A stretch of 63,331 bases of DNA, counting the filler, from Chrysochromulina tobinii (taxonomy: Eukaryota): the NCBI GenBank assembly GCA_001275005.1. It is 3 parts of 3 records of this genome, joined end to end, with 100 filler letters (N's around TTAATTAATTAA, not from the genome) between each part and the next. Parts side by side here need not be neighbours in the genome. Positions count along the whole stretch, not along the records: positions 28,230 to 53,739 come from JWZX01001411.1; positions 53,840 to 63,331 come from JWZX01001414.1; 1 more part is not named here. One strand, written 5' to 3'. The translations under genes and the position numbers were made by a program. The notes beneath the pieces are model-generated. The model was given only the letters and a program-made list of their open reading frames with translations. It made no database searches and had not been told where the DNA came from. This document shows positions 51,035 through 61,794 of the stretch, one piece after another. Numbering within the stretch: position 1 is the first letter of the stretch; every line of letters begins with the position of its first letter.

Positions 51035-52066
51035 ATGTCGATCGACCTCGTCGTAACGCGCTACCGCGAGCCGCTCGGCTGGCTCGAGCCCTACTTGGCG
51101 CGCCCGGGTTGGCGGCTGTTTGTGTACAACACGGGCAAGAAGCCGCCGCCGGCGCGGATATGCGCACTCGCCACATTGTGCCGGCAGGTGCCAAATGCCG
51201 GCTTCGAGTGGCATGGCTACTTGCGTCACATCGTCGACCGATACGACCAGCTCGCGGACACGACCATCTTCGTGCAGGGCGATCCGTACACCGTGTCTCC
51301 CGACATGGACTGCCTGCTCAATCAGACGAGCTCATACGCGCCTGTGCAGGTGCTCTCCTGGGTGCAGCAGGCGAAGCGCAAGATGGAGCTTTTCTCGCGC
51401 TGCCATGCGTCGTACCTCGGCGGTTGTCGCGTGTGGGTCGAGCCCGTCACGGCAGCCCTGCGCCCGATGCTACACGGCGACCGTTGGCTGCACCGCGCCT
51501 GTCGCATGGCGAAACGGTTCAAGGGCGCTCTCTTTCAGTTTCTGTACTCGCAGCTGGCGGGAGAGCCGGTGGAGAGCACGACGGGCCCTGCCGCCGTGCA
51601 CCGCGCGCTCATCACGAGTACGCGCGTGCCAGCGCGCCTCTACCGGGCGTACGGAGCCCAGTTTGGGGCCAGTCGTGGAGAGCTCCGAGGGCGCAGCGCT
51701 GCCTTTTACGCGAGGCTGCTGCTTTGGCTGACGACGCCGCACGACGACATGGGGCGCGCGGGCTTCTTGCCGATTTGGCGCGCGTACACGACCAAGGAGA
51801 AGGCGATCCTCATCGAGCTCATGTGGATGAGCCTCTTCCGAGCTGAGCGTTTCATCCCGACCGACGTGTGCCGAGAGTGTCTGGGGATCGCCGCTAGCCT
51901 CCCCCGACCTCCCGATGCGAAGGCCGGCGCCTCGTGCGATCGGGACTACTTTAGTGCGGCACCGCGCCTTGAGCCATGCAACGTCACCGGCGATGGCTGG
52001 GGCGGCCCTCCCTCGAAACGCCTCAAGGCGAAATGTCCCATCACCAAGAATGACGATGAGGCCTGA
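51035..52066 (+). CDS. DUF3431-like protein
   Basis: DLVVTRYREPLGWL...PNAGFEWHGYLRHIVDRYDQLADTTIFVQGDP. Confidence 0.75.
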   Translation: MSIDLVVTRYREPLGWLEPYLARPGWRLFVYNTGKKPPPARICALATLCRQVPNAGFEWHGYLRHIVDRYDQLADTTIFVQGDPYTVSPDMDCLLNQTSSYAPVQVLSWVQQAKRKMELFSRCHASYLGGCRVWVEPVTAALRPMLHGDRWLHRACRMAKRFKGALFQFLYSQLAGEPVESTTGPAAVHRALITSTRVPARLYRAYGAQFGASRGELRGRSAAFYARLLLWLTTPHDDMGRAGFLPIWRAYTTKEKAILIELMWMSLFRAERFIPTDVCRECLGIAASLPRPPDAKAGASCDRDYFSAAPRLEPCNVTGDGWGGPPSKRLKAKCPITKNDDEA

Positions 52067-52525
52067 TCGCGGGCCGGCGACGTGTCAAGACGGTTGCGAA
52101 GACGGTAGGCTCCTTGGGCTCCGCTGGATTTTCAGATTATTGACGCTAACCCCACTTTCTCTCCGACAGCGTGATGCTGCGAGCGTATTCCGTATACAGC
52201 TGCCGGCTCCACCCCCGACGCCGGCGCGCAACCGCCCGGGCCCGCCCGGCGGGCACGGGCGGCAGGGCGACCGCTGGGCGACCGCCGACGACGCGACGCC
52301 GACGGCTTGGTACTCGCTAGGAAGCCCTGCGGGGGTTATAACATCTAATGCAAGATGGTGTGATCTAAAATTGCGCCGGGCGTAGCAGCGGGCAGGGGCG
52401 CCACCAGACCACACTCCATAGTAGACGCTGGACGTCTCGATGGAGTTCGTCTCGCCTGTACCGTGTGGCGCACGTCATGTACGGACCGCGGTGCGAAGGC
52501 GATACGGACGCGCCTGGTCCTCACC

Positions 52526-53332
52526 TCAGTTCGGGCTTACTTGGGGCCCGCGGTACGGTCGATTGACCACGCGCAGGCTCGGCGGCCATCCAATCTCTCG
52601 TAGCTGGACACTGTCCAACGGCTGAGCGTCCAGGACGGCGCCCGGGGCCTCCACCTCGTAGTAGTGGCAAGATCGTCCGGATCGGTCGTCGTACGGCGGC
52701 GTGAGGACGTCGAAGATGGCGGTGTGCTCGACGGCGACGAACTCGTGTATGTTGCCGCGCACGGGATCGAGGCGCAGCGTCGGACATGGCGCGACGACTG
52801 TGTGCCGCACTGGCGCTGCGCACTGAAGCTGCTGGGAAGCTCCTCTGCCACCAAAGAGCGTAAACGGTCCGCCGAACTTGGGCGGTGGTGGCGAGGGCGA
52901 TGCAGAGGGGAGCGGCCGGTCGAAGGAGGTGACCTCGAGCTTGCCGAAGAGCACCTTGGAGAGCACGGACATGCCCGGATGGTCGTGCAGCGGGATTGCG
53001 CTACCGGCAGGCAAGACAAAGATGCCGACCGAGATGTCCTGGTCTGCGTAGACGTGGTGGTAGCCGACGGGTCCGCCAGGCGTCAGCCCGGCGGTGGTGA
53101 CGCCCAAGTCCTCGGCGGTGAGCTCGTCCATGGCGACAGCCGTGCCGTCGAGGTCACCTCTCGCTGCCAGGTCTAGCACGCGCTGGAGCAGAAGCGGTGC
53201 GGTACTGGCACCCGCCGCCGCAGACGCTCGGAGCCAGCGCGCCGCCGCGGGTCGCACTGCTGGCCGCAGCAGGCGGCCTGAGAGGTTGTGCGGCGTATGC
53301 GCTGCTGCGAGTAAAGTCGCGGAGATTAGCAT
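52526..53332 (-). CDS. Cysteamine dioxygenase / plant cysteine oxidase (ADO/PCO) family
   Basis: IPLHDHPGMSVLSKVLFGKL, GNIHEF, FDVLTPPYD...GRSCHYY. Confidence 0.9.
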   Translation of the reverse strand: MLISATLLAAAHTPHNLSGRLLRPAVRPAAARWLRASAAAGASTAPLLLQRVLDLAARGDLDGTAVAMDELTAEDLGVTTAGLTPGGPVGYHHVYADQDISVGIFVLPAGSAIPLHDHPGMSVLSKVLFGKLEVTSFDRPLPSASPSPPPPKFGGPFTLFGGRGASQQLQCAAPVRHTVVAPCPTLRLDPVRGNIHEFVAVEHTAIFDVLTPPYDDRSGRSCHYYEVEAPGAVLDAQPLDSVQLREIGWPPSLRVVNRPYRGPQVSPN

Positions 53333-53739
53333 CGCGAGGCTGCCAGCGGCGGCTTCGTCGGCCGAACATGACAAGGAAGGATAATCTTGTAAACCCCCTC
53401 AAACATGTTTCATGTAGACCTGTAAATTGTACCTGTTTTGACATGCGTTCCGTTTCCTACGGAATAAGTTTGGCTTCCAGTTGCGGATCTATACGCCGCG
53501 AGACGTATCACCCCCGCGAAGTCAGCAAGAGCGGCGTGGGCGGCGGCGTAGGCGGCGTAGGCGGTACTGCGCTACTGTACATGTAACTGGATGCCAGGGT
53601 GGAGAGGAGACACCCCTGACACGCAACGCGCATGAACACGCCATGACATTCTGGGGGCGGCCACTCCTGTCCGTTCGTTTCGAGTGATGGGGATGCGGCG
53701 CGTGAGTGTCAGAGTCAATCAGTTACACTGGGGGAGGTT

Positions 53740-53839
53740 NNNNNNNNNNNNNNNNNNNNNNNNNNNNNNNNNNNNNNNNNNNNTTAATTAATTAANNNNN
53801 NNNNNNNNNNNNNNNNNNNNNNNNNNNNNNNNNNNNNNN
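53740..53839. other. Artificial contig spacer
   Basis: Same N/TTAATTAATTAA/N structure as 28130-28229. Confidence 0.97.
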
Positions 53840-55276
53840 GGCGGGCGGCGCGGCGGCGGGCGGCGCGGGCGTATCGCACATTTCGCAGACGGCCATCAAC
53901 GAAACATTGTCTGCGAACGTGCACACGGCGCAGGTCCACCTGCCGAGGGACACCGCAGCTGCGGTTGCCGTCGCGGTGGCGGCGAGCAGCGAGCCGGTCG
54001 CTGCAAAGGAGGGCTGTTGAAAGAAGGGCCGTGGCGGCGGCGGCGGCTCGTTTGCCCGCGCGCGTCGCTCCGCAGCAAGCCGTGCCATTGCTCGAGGGTC
54101 GCTCTCGGCAGCGCATGATGCGCTGCCGCTGCCGCTGCCCAACGCGGCGCTGCCCAACGCGTAGCTCGAGGCTCCCGAGACGACGCCCAACACGGTGCCC
54201 CCTACCGAGTGGGCTGAGCGCTTGGAAGGAGGGAGGGGACCAGCGGTGCTCCCTGCGGGCCGTTTGGTGCCCGCGACAGCGGGCGTGTAAGGCGGATGGG
54301 TACTCGTGTCACGGTCGGAGTCATGGCCAGGGTCGGGGCCGGCTCCAGGGACCCGCCGGTCCGGTGGAATCGGACCTGGTGGCTGTCGATACCGACTGCG
54401 CGAAACGGCGTCGTCTCGAGCGCCGTCTTCAGCGTCGTCTTCGTTCCAGCGACTGCCACCGCCGCCGCCGCCAGCGAAGCTGCCGCTACCGCTGCCGCCT
54501 CCGCCGCCAGCGAAGCTGCGGCTACCGCTGCCGCCTCCGCCGCCAGCGAAGCTGCCGCTACCGCTGCCGCTACCGCTGCCGCCTCCGCTGAACTTGGCAA
54601 GCATGAGCGGGATGAAGGCGCGGCCCGCATCGGTGAGTGCCCACTGGTCGACGCTCGTCTTGTACACGCGATGGGCGGTGAAGTCCAGGGCGCCCTCATC
54701 GCGGTCGACCAACCTGTGTTTCTCGAGGGTGCTGATGGAGGCCCAGCCCTGCTTCATCATCGCCGCACGACCGCCCGCTGCGTGGTAGTTGAGCTCCATC
54801 GCGACGTTGCAGTACGGCTGAGCGGCGCGGATGATCTGCGCCTTGGTTAGCACCGCGCCGCCGTGATCGTGAAAGGCACGCAGAATGGCGTATGAACCCT
54901 CTCGGTACTTCATAGTGCGCAGGAGCGGCGGCTCGTCTGAAGAGACGAGGCCTGAGCTGCCGCCGCCGCCGCCACGACTGGTGCCGCCACTGCTGCCGCT
55001 GCCACGGCCGCTTCCCTGCGGAGTCGTCGCGTCGAGTTGACCGCGGATCACCCGCTCAAGGTAGTGGACGACGGTCTTACTCAGGCCGTCGGGCAGATTC
55101 TTGATCGAGTCCGTGGACGTGATGTAGATCTTCTTGGCTGTGCCCTCGATCTTGCTCTTGGCGTTGATCCACTGGAACTCGTGGCTCGAGCCCATTGCCG
55201 AAGCCTGGGCGCGGCGGGCCTCGCACGCACTTATGAGGTCGTCGTTCCAGATTTTTTGGTTCTTAGCGGGCGGCAT
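53840..55276 (-). CDS. MUS81-like N-terminal region (winged helix) + RanBP2-type zinc finger, truncated by the gap
   Basis: YREGSYAILRAF...LTKAQIIRAAQPYC...WASISTLEKHRLV...WALTDAG resembles the MUS81 winged helix. WTCAVCTF...CEMCDTP. No ERCC4 nuclease domain is visible before the gap. Confidence 0.7.
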
Positions 55277-55600
55277 GCGAGGGAGGAGAGGACGGCGGGA
55301 TCGTCCGACCCTCCGATGCACACGCCATGAAATGCATGCGCGTTGTGTTGAACATCAGCTTTAAAAAGTAATTAAATCCAACGCCTGCCTTGACAGCCGA
55401 CAACGCCATCCTTTTTGGATCTGTGAACCTATCGACACATGCATGGCGCTCTGCAGACGTGTATCTTGGGGCCTTATCCGTTATCGTGTCCATCTAGACA
55501 AGAAGACAACACGTTACACGCGAGGAACCCGTGAGCCGTGACTCCGTGCGTGAGACTTTTGTCGCAACGATGTCGTTAATTTTGACTAAAGTACATTCGC

Positions 55601-57031
55601 TCACCGTGTGCGTAGGACCGGAGGTAACGGCGGCGGCGGCGGCGGCGGCGGCGGCACCATGGTACACCCCCTCGCATGTGAATTTGGCGGCCGCGTCGGG
55701 GACGTGCACGGGAAGAAAAAGGAGCCTGGGATCTTATGCTGTTTCATGAGTTCGCTGTCGTTGAGGAGCGGCGACCAGCCGCATGGGATAGCCTTGGCCA
55801 TCACCATAGCGATTGGTAGATTCAACATGAGCAGTCGAACCCCGCGCGCTTCGAGATGAAGGGCCGTTTGCTCCTCCTGGCACAATCCAAAGCAGCGCAC
55901 GAGGGTGTTGCTCGTATAGAATATCTTGCGGTCGGCCGTCATGCTGGCTAAGTGCGCCATCGAGCGTGGAGTCCCTATCTGCAACCAGTCTGACCACTGC
56001 CAACGCATTTTCGCTCCTTTGGGGCACTCCAGAACAGCCTGGCCCATGGCCTGTTCGCTTCTCAGCTGACCGCTCATCGACCAGGGCTGATGCGGAGCCT
56101 TGCAGGGACGCATGTCCATCCGTGCAGCTGGCTCGATCTGGGTGTAGTAGCCGACGACCCCAATCTCCGGAGGCCAAGGTGCGCTCGTGGCCGATGCTGC
56201 AGAAGCGCTCGATGTGTCACTCGAGGTGGGCTGGGGGCGCTGCGTTGGGTCATCACGTCGCATGAGGAGCACGACCGCCGAGTGATTGCCCACGACGCGC
56301 ACCAAACCGCCGCGGAGCGCGAGAAAAGTAATCGGCACAGTTAGAGACACGTCGAGCCGCAACCGCACGATTACGTCATGAGGGCCAAAGGCACGGCGCA
56401 GCAGCTCCGACTTGGCGACGTGATCATACTGCGGGAACCACTTGTACATGAAGACGGGCGCTCGGCTAATCGAATGTCCGCTTACCAATGGGGCGCCAGT
56501 TGTCGGGTTGATTCTTCCACCAACGGCGGCTCTCATGGCGTCCATTGCACGACCGCCGTAACTATGCGGCGTTGTCGGATCCTCTGCCGAAACGAGCGCC
56601 ACGTGCAGCCTGGGCCAGAAATCGAAGAGCACCCTCGCTTGGCGGGTCAGCTCATGCTCGGCGGTCGCAAAATCGCCTTCTAGGTAAGCCGTGCGAGCGT
56701 GCTTGGGTGCTACGCACCAAGAGGTGGGATCGACTGTCAGGAAAACATCCATTGAGTTTGGACGAATGATGTGCTGCAGGTGCTCACGTGCAACGTGCGC
56801 AAATGCAGATGGCCCAAACCAGCGTCCGGCGTACAAGGCTGCAATTTTAAGCGTGTCAGAATATGTTTTTCTGCTGGGGACGAGCATCTCCTGACGTTCG
56901 CTGCGGAGTCCAAGGCTGTTCGTCACGTTATCGTCGTCGTTTGACGCCGCCATCGCATGTGACATCATAACATCGTCGAGTGGTATTGCACGTGGTTCGG
57001 CAGCGTTCCGAGACCGAGGTACGCACACCAA
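55601..57031 (-). CDS. Hypothetical protein, possibly glycosyltransferase-like
   Basis: 476-aa ORF with IAALYAGR, MDVFL and HDVIVRLRLD motifs. Start uncertain. Confidence 0.55.
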   Translation of the reverse strand: MVCVPRSRNAAEPRAIPLDDVMMSHAMAASNDDDNVTNSLGLRSERQEMLVPSRKTYSDTLKIAALYAGRWFGPSAFAHVAREHLQHIIRPNSMDVFLTVDPTSWCVAPKHARTAYLEGDFATAEHELTRQARVLFDFWPRLHVALVSAEDPTTPHSYGGRAMDAMRAAVGGRINPTTGAPLVSGHSISRAPVFMYKWFPQYDHVAKSELLRRAFGPHDVIVRLRLDVSLTVPITFLALRGGLVRVVGNHSAVVLLMRRDDPTQRPQPTSSDTSSASAASATSAPWPPEIGVVGYYTQIEPAARMDMRPCKAPHQPWSMSGQLRSEQAMGQAVLECPKGAKMRWQWSDWLQIGTPRSMAHLASMTADRKIFYTSNTLVRCFGLCQEEQTALHLEARGVRLLMLNLPIAMVMAKAIPCGWSPLLNDSELMKQHKIPGSFFFPCTSPTRPPNSHARGCTMVPPPPPPPPPLPPVLRTR

Positions 57032-57113
57032 TCGACACTTGTTGTCGCAAGCTAAAGCTCAAACGGGCTGGTGTCGGCCACACCTCCGTCCATACTACGG
57101 TAGACTGTTTCAG

Positions 57114-57314
57114 TCCCGGCTCCCCCCGGCGTCTTTTTACCGGTAGTGAGAGTGGCTCTCGTGCTTGGGGGTCCGGAGCGTGTGCGCGTTGTGTTGAGCA
57201 GCAGCAGCAGCAGCGGAAGCCATCGGCGCGCGCGAGCGCGGGGGGCTCCATGTTAGGGTCATGTTAGGGTCATTTACTCATTTACTGGTAAAAAGACACC
57301 CGGGGGAGCCGGGA
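57114..57314. mobile_element. MITE-like element with 32-bp terminal inverted repeats
   Basis: 57114-57145 matches the reverse complement of 57283-57314 at 29/32. No ORF and no clear TSD. Confidence 0.55.
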
Positions 57315-57779
57315 ACTCATTTACTGGTAAGTGGTCCCGGCTCCCCCCGGTGTTTTTGAACCGGTAAAGGGTAAACGTTCGACAAGCCGCGGGATGTGAC
57401 GGTTGTCGTATTCACACACCATGGGCCGGTCTCCCTTCGCTTCTAACCGCTGGTACCCGCCCAATTGTACCACCATGGTGCGTGTAGTCATTGTCCGTGG
57501 GGTGTGTGATCTGTGATGTGAGTCTGTGCGGGTTTTCCTAGACGATACACGGCGTGTTCACTCGACACCCGACCCGGATCAAGACCCGACGCGCATGCCC
57601 CGACGCGGCACCGGTCCGACCGGGACGCACGCGAAAGTACCGGCATTGTCCGCATAATACTACAATTTAACCCAAGGCGCAAGGGGGTAGGGGAGGGATG
57701 GATTTGTGCAGCCCATTCACCTCGTCGATCCTTCGTCCGGTCATTACCCCGATTTCAAACTGAGTGTACTCCGAATGCT

Positions 57780-59366
57780 TTAACCACCATCCACCTCAAC
57801 TACATAGATGGGCTCCTCCTGGGCTGCGGTGGCCGTCGGCACGGAAGATCTTCCAAAGAGGCGCGCAATCGTGTCGGCGACGGGTGGGTTGTGACGCTTC
57901 GAGAGGCCGACGCGGAGCGGCAGAGGCGCGAGGTCGCCGCCAAAGACGCGCTCGATGCTCTTTTTCGGCTCTCGCTCGCTGCCTACGCGCCCACCTGCAG
58001 CCTGGCCCTGCACGCGGGCTTGCCGAATGGCCATGTCAACCGAGTGCGCCCTGGCCGTTGTGCCCATAGGGCCCATGGCTCGCCGAAGAGCGTGCATACG
58101 AGCAAGGTCCGCCGCGGCGTCCGCCATCGCCTTCGCCTTGGCCTCGGCTGCCTTTGCCTCCTGTTGTGCGGCGAGCGCGGCAAACGTCTCCGCCACGGCT
58201 TGCAGCGCCCTCGCCGTCTCCGCGGCCCGCTCACGCGCGGCCTGCGCCTGCGCCGCACGCTGCACGCTCGCCTCTTCCTTCGCATTCCACAGCTGCGCAT
58301 CTTCGCCGAGCTGCCACGACGACGCGCCCAAGCCAAGCGCGCCGTCGCGGGCGAGCCCCTCGAGAAGGGCACGGCTTGACGGCTCGCATGCCACGAGCCG
58401 CAAGGGCACGCCCTGGATCGGTACGACGGCTCCGATGCGCAGATCGCGCAGCTCGACGAACCCCGAGGCGGACTCGCGATTTGGCGCGCGGAGCCGTCGG
58501 AGCAGGGCCACTCGCTCGGGGCGCGTGCCCGCTGGGCCTGCGCCCCCGCCGCTGAGCCTCTCAACGTCCGCGCCGAAGACCTCGTGTACCTGGAGCGTGT
58601 CGTCCGCGAGGAAGAAGGCGAGGAAGAAGTGGCGCGGCTCGCCGGCGTTGGCCCCGACTGCTCGGAAATGGACTGCGCGATCGCCAAAATGGAGCGAGCG
58701 CGAGTGACGCTCCGCCTCTACGGGGTCGGGGTGCTTCCCACGCCTCTGCGCCGCACGAAAGCGCTTCAGCTCGTCGAGAGTCGGGTCGCCGTGGAGCTGC
58801 CGGCTCGCTGCGACGGCGGCCGCCCGCTGGCACACCGCTGCGCCATACTCGCCACCGTAAATCGCGCCCTCGGCGGTCGCGCCAGCCGCCGCGTATGCCA
58901 TAGCGCGCGCCTTGCTATCTTCGTCCTCCGTTACATTGTGCTCGTTTGGAGGTGGGCCCGCAGGAAGTCCATGGCTTGTTAGCCACTCGTGCGTCGCAGC
59001 GTCGGCGGCAGCGGTGATCGCCAACGGCATACCGTAAATCCTCAACGTCTCGCCAATGCGGATGGCCTCGGGCTGCAGAAGGCACTCGGACACGGCAGCC
59101 GGCCAGTTGAGTTTCTGATGTCGTGAAGGCCTGTCATTGCTGTCAGCGCCACCATATGGGTGGAAGCTGAATGCCGAATCCTCCTTCAAGCCACGTCCAT
59201 ACGGTACGCGCATGCGGCGGACGAGCAGCTGCTCGTTTCCGTCTGGCAAGCGCTCTCGGATCTCGAGAGTGTTGGCCTCGCCGCCCGTCTTATCAGCTTC
59301 GGTGTAATACGTGAGCGAGAGCTTGCGTGTGCCGGCGAGCGACGCACGAAAGCGCAGGACGGTCAT
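57780..59366 (-). CDS. Two-DM10-domain (EFHC/Rib72-like) flagellar-type protein
   Basis: VLRFRA...LTYY...TLEIRE...IRIGETLRIYG...DAATHEWL and VHFRA...FFLADDTLQVHE...DLRIGAVVPIQG. Confidence 0.75.
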   Translation of the reverse strand: MTVLRFRASLAGTRKLSLTYYTEADKTGGEANTLEIRERLPDGNEQLLVRRMRVPYGRGLKEDSAFSFHPYGGADSNDRPSRHQKLNWPAAVSECLLQPEAIRIGETLRIYGMPLAITAAADAATHEWLTSHGLPAGPPPNEHNVTEDEDSKARAMAYAAAGATAEGAIYGGEYGAAVCQRAAAVAASRQLHGDPTLDELKRFRAAQRRGKHPDPVEAERHSRSLHFGDRAVHFRAVGANAGEPRHFFLAFFLADDTLQVHEVFGADVERLSGGGAGPAGTRPERVALLRRLRAPNRESASGFVELRDLRIGAVVPIQGVPLRLVACEPSSRALLEGLARDGALGLGASSWQLGEDAQLWNAKEEASVQRAAQAQAARERAAETARALQAVAETFAALAAQQEAKAAEAKAKAMADAAADLARMHALRRAMGPMGTTARAHSVDMAIRQARVQGQAAGGRVGSEREPKKSIERVFGGDLAPLPLRVGLSKRHNPPVADTIARLFGRSSVPTATAAQEEPIYVVEVDGG

Positions 59367-59600
59367 GCCGTTCGCGCCGCCCGTGTTTTTTCACGACTTC
59401 GCCATCGCCTGGAGGGGTGGTTCGTGAGATTGCTCATATTTAGTGTTGCCCTCTGTTGCTGTTCACAGTGGAGCCGCTTATTCATGCAGAAGAGCCTACC
59501 TTCGAGACGGACACACACGAAGTCCAAGTCCCGCGCGGAAAGTGTGCGCTTGGGTAGGTGGAGCTTCTCGCCGACGGGCAGGTTCAATCCCGCTTTCCAC

Positions 59601-61448
59601 ATGATGTCGGCGACATCCTTCAAATCCCTCCGGGACCTCTTTGGGGAGCCACCACAACCTTCGACTCGCACAGCAACCCCGAGCCCAACACTTCGGCGAC
59701 AGCTCTTAGTAAATGGACTCATCATGAGCTCCGCGTTTGCTGGGCTTGAGGGATGCGTCATCGCCGCCATCAATCTCTCGGCTGCGCTCTTTTCGCCCGA
59801 CCTGGCAGCCGATGTGAACGCCATGCTGTTTTTCTGCTTTTCGTTGGGCACCCTGCTCGCGCCGTCTATTGTGCGCATCACGGGCCTCAAGAACGCACTG
59901 GTTGGCTCGATGGGCATCTACAATGTGTATCTTCTGCCCTTCATCTGGGCGATGCGGGGCTGGCTGTTATTTGGCGCAGCTCTCGGCGGTCTCGCCGGTT
60001 CGGTGCTGTGGACGGCGCAGGGCGTCTACTTCACACGAAACGCAGTGGCATACGCGGAGGCAGCGGGTCCGACCCCCGAGCTCCTCTCCAAGCTCACGGG
60101 CGAGACGCGCGCCATCTCCGTCTTTGCGGGCTTTTTTGCTGTCATCTTCCAGCTGGTCATCACGCTCTGCAAGCCCTTCGCGGCGACGATGCTCACCGTG
60201 TTTCCGGACGATCGCGCTCGGCTCTTCTCGTCCTTCATCGTTCTCGCGGCCTTATGCACCGTCGCGATGACGCGCATCCGGACGTTTGCCGGTGACTCAC
60301 ACCGAGGCGAAGGCGAGGGCCATCCAGCCAAGGTGAGGGCGAGCGCGGTGCCGGGGCTCCGTGCCGCCCTCGAGCGTCACGCGGCGCGCTTGACGGCACG
60401 CGCCGATGCGGTCCCACAGCTCCGCACCGCGCGGCTCACACTCGTGCGTGCCGCCCAGAGGTGCCCAGTCAGGCCCGGCTACCCGGCGCTCTTGCGCGTC
60501 GCGTGCGATCGTCGCATGTTGCTGCTGACCGTGTACAACATCGCTTACGGCCTGTCGACCGCCTTCTTCCCGAGCCACGTCACCGTACTGACGAAGCAGA
60601 GCCTTCAGCAGCCCTGTCTAGAGACGCCGCCGTGGGCCGTGGGCAACGCGACGGCGGCGAACGCGACGGCGGCGAATGCGACGGCGGCGGCGCCCGGCGC
60701 CGTCTGCGCGGGCGGCGCCGCGGCCGTGGGGTGGATGTACGCGTTGGCGGGGCTGAGCTCGGTCGTGATCGCGGCGACCTTCGCGTGGGGCTCCGACCGC
60801 TTTTTGTGGGGCCGGACAGCGGCCCTCGCCCTAGGTTCTGTGGGGTTTGGCGTGCCGTGCCGGCTTATGCTCGCAGCGGCGCAGCTTGCCTCCGATGATG
60901 GGCGGCTGCCTTTGGGCATGCTCTTTGCGTGCTTCATCTGCTACGGCGGCGGCGTGGCAGCGTGGCAAGGCAGCGCGATGGCCTTGGTGGGCGACCTGTT
61001 CAGGTCTGTAGAGGATGAGCACCGCGCTGCCTTTGCATACCTGAAGCTCACCTCCGGAATGGCGAGTACCCTCGGCTTTATGAATTTCCGCCGAATGGGC
61101 CTCCCCGCCTCGGCCGCCATCACGCTCCTGGCGAACGCGTGCGGCCTCGCCGCGATAGGAACGCTCGCTGTGCTTGACTTTGTGGCGGCGCCCGCGCAGC
61201 CCATACCCCTGATGACCACCCATACAGACGTGCAGGCTACTCGTGCGGCGGCGGCAGGGCACGGCGGCCCCGTCACCCAGATCGAGGGCAGGGTCACGGC
61301 GCTTGAGGGCAGGGTCACGGCGATTGAGCTGAGAGGGGCTACTGAGGAGGCAGGCGAAACGCTCCGGTCGACTCCTACGACTGCGGGCAAGCCAACTCCG
61401 TTCTTGGCGACTCCACGTCGGATGCAGGACGACTGGGAGGAGCTTTGA
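59601..61448 (+). CDS. UNC-93-like MFS membrane protein
   Basis: APSIVRITGLK, GAALGGLAGSVLWTAQGVY, AAFAYLKL. A possible in-frame intron lies at 60333-60458. Confidence 0.8.
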   Translation: MMSATSFKSLRDLFGEPPQPSTRTATPSPTLRRQLLVNGLIMSSAFAGLEGCVIAAINLSAALFSPDLAADVNAMLFFCFSLGTLLAPSIVRITGLKNALVGSMGIYNVYLLPFIWAMRGWLLFGAALGGLAGSVLWTAQGVYFTRNAVAYAEAAGPTPELLSKLTGETRAISVFAGFFAVIFQLVITLCKPFAATMLTVFPDDRARLFSSFIVLAALCTVAMTRIRTFAGDSHRGEGEGHPAKVRASAVPGLRAALERHAARLTARADAVPQLRTARLTLVRAAQRCPVRPGYPALLRVACDRRMLLLTVYNIAYGLSTAFFPSHVTVLTKQSLQQPCLETPPWAVGNATAANATAANATAAAPGAVCAGGAAAVGWMYALAGLSSVVIAATFAWGSDRFLWGRTAALALGSVGFGVPCRLMLAAAQLASDDGRLPLGMLFACFICYGGGVAAWQGSAMALVGDLFRSVEDEHRAAFAYLKLTSGMASTLGFMNFRRMGLPASAAITLLANACGLAAIGTLAVLDFVAAPAQPIPLMTTHTDVQATRAAAAGHGGPVTQIEGRVTALEGRVTAIELRGATEEAGETLRSTPTTAGKPTPFLATPRRMQDDWEEL

Positions 61449-61794
61449 GAAGGGGATCTAGCAGCCGGGGCCCGGGGGTTCCACTTAAGGTTCCTCGGGT
61501 TCCGTTCAGAGTCTATACACTCTACTCTGTACTCAGAACCCAAATTTTTGGGAAAAAGGAGCCCCTGTGGTTGCGAGGTTCGCCTGTCCGTGTGCCCCGA
61601 GTGTGTCCCGGCTCCACCCGGTGTCATTTTACCGGTACCCGGTGTCTTTGAACCGGGGGGGGGGTTAGGTTACCTGTACGGCATGTAACGACGTTTTCAG
61701 TTTCCCAAGTTTCCCTCTCTTTTTGGATCACCTCCCCTGGAAAGAGGTTGAGGCAATGCGGGCCACGACCTCGTGGTGAGGGGTGCAGGTATCC

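Noticed and set aside
57250..57273. Telomeric TTAGGG tract
   Set aside because: Only two hexamers inside an 11-bp duplication, which is too short to call.
60333..60458. In-frame intron in the UNC-93-like gene as a member of the repeat-intron family
   Set aside because: The GT-AG ends are plausible, but there is no array, duplication or shared acceptor, and splicing cannot be shown because the frame is open.
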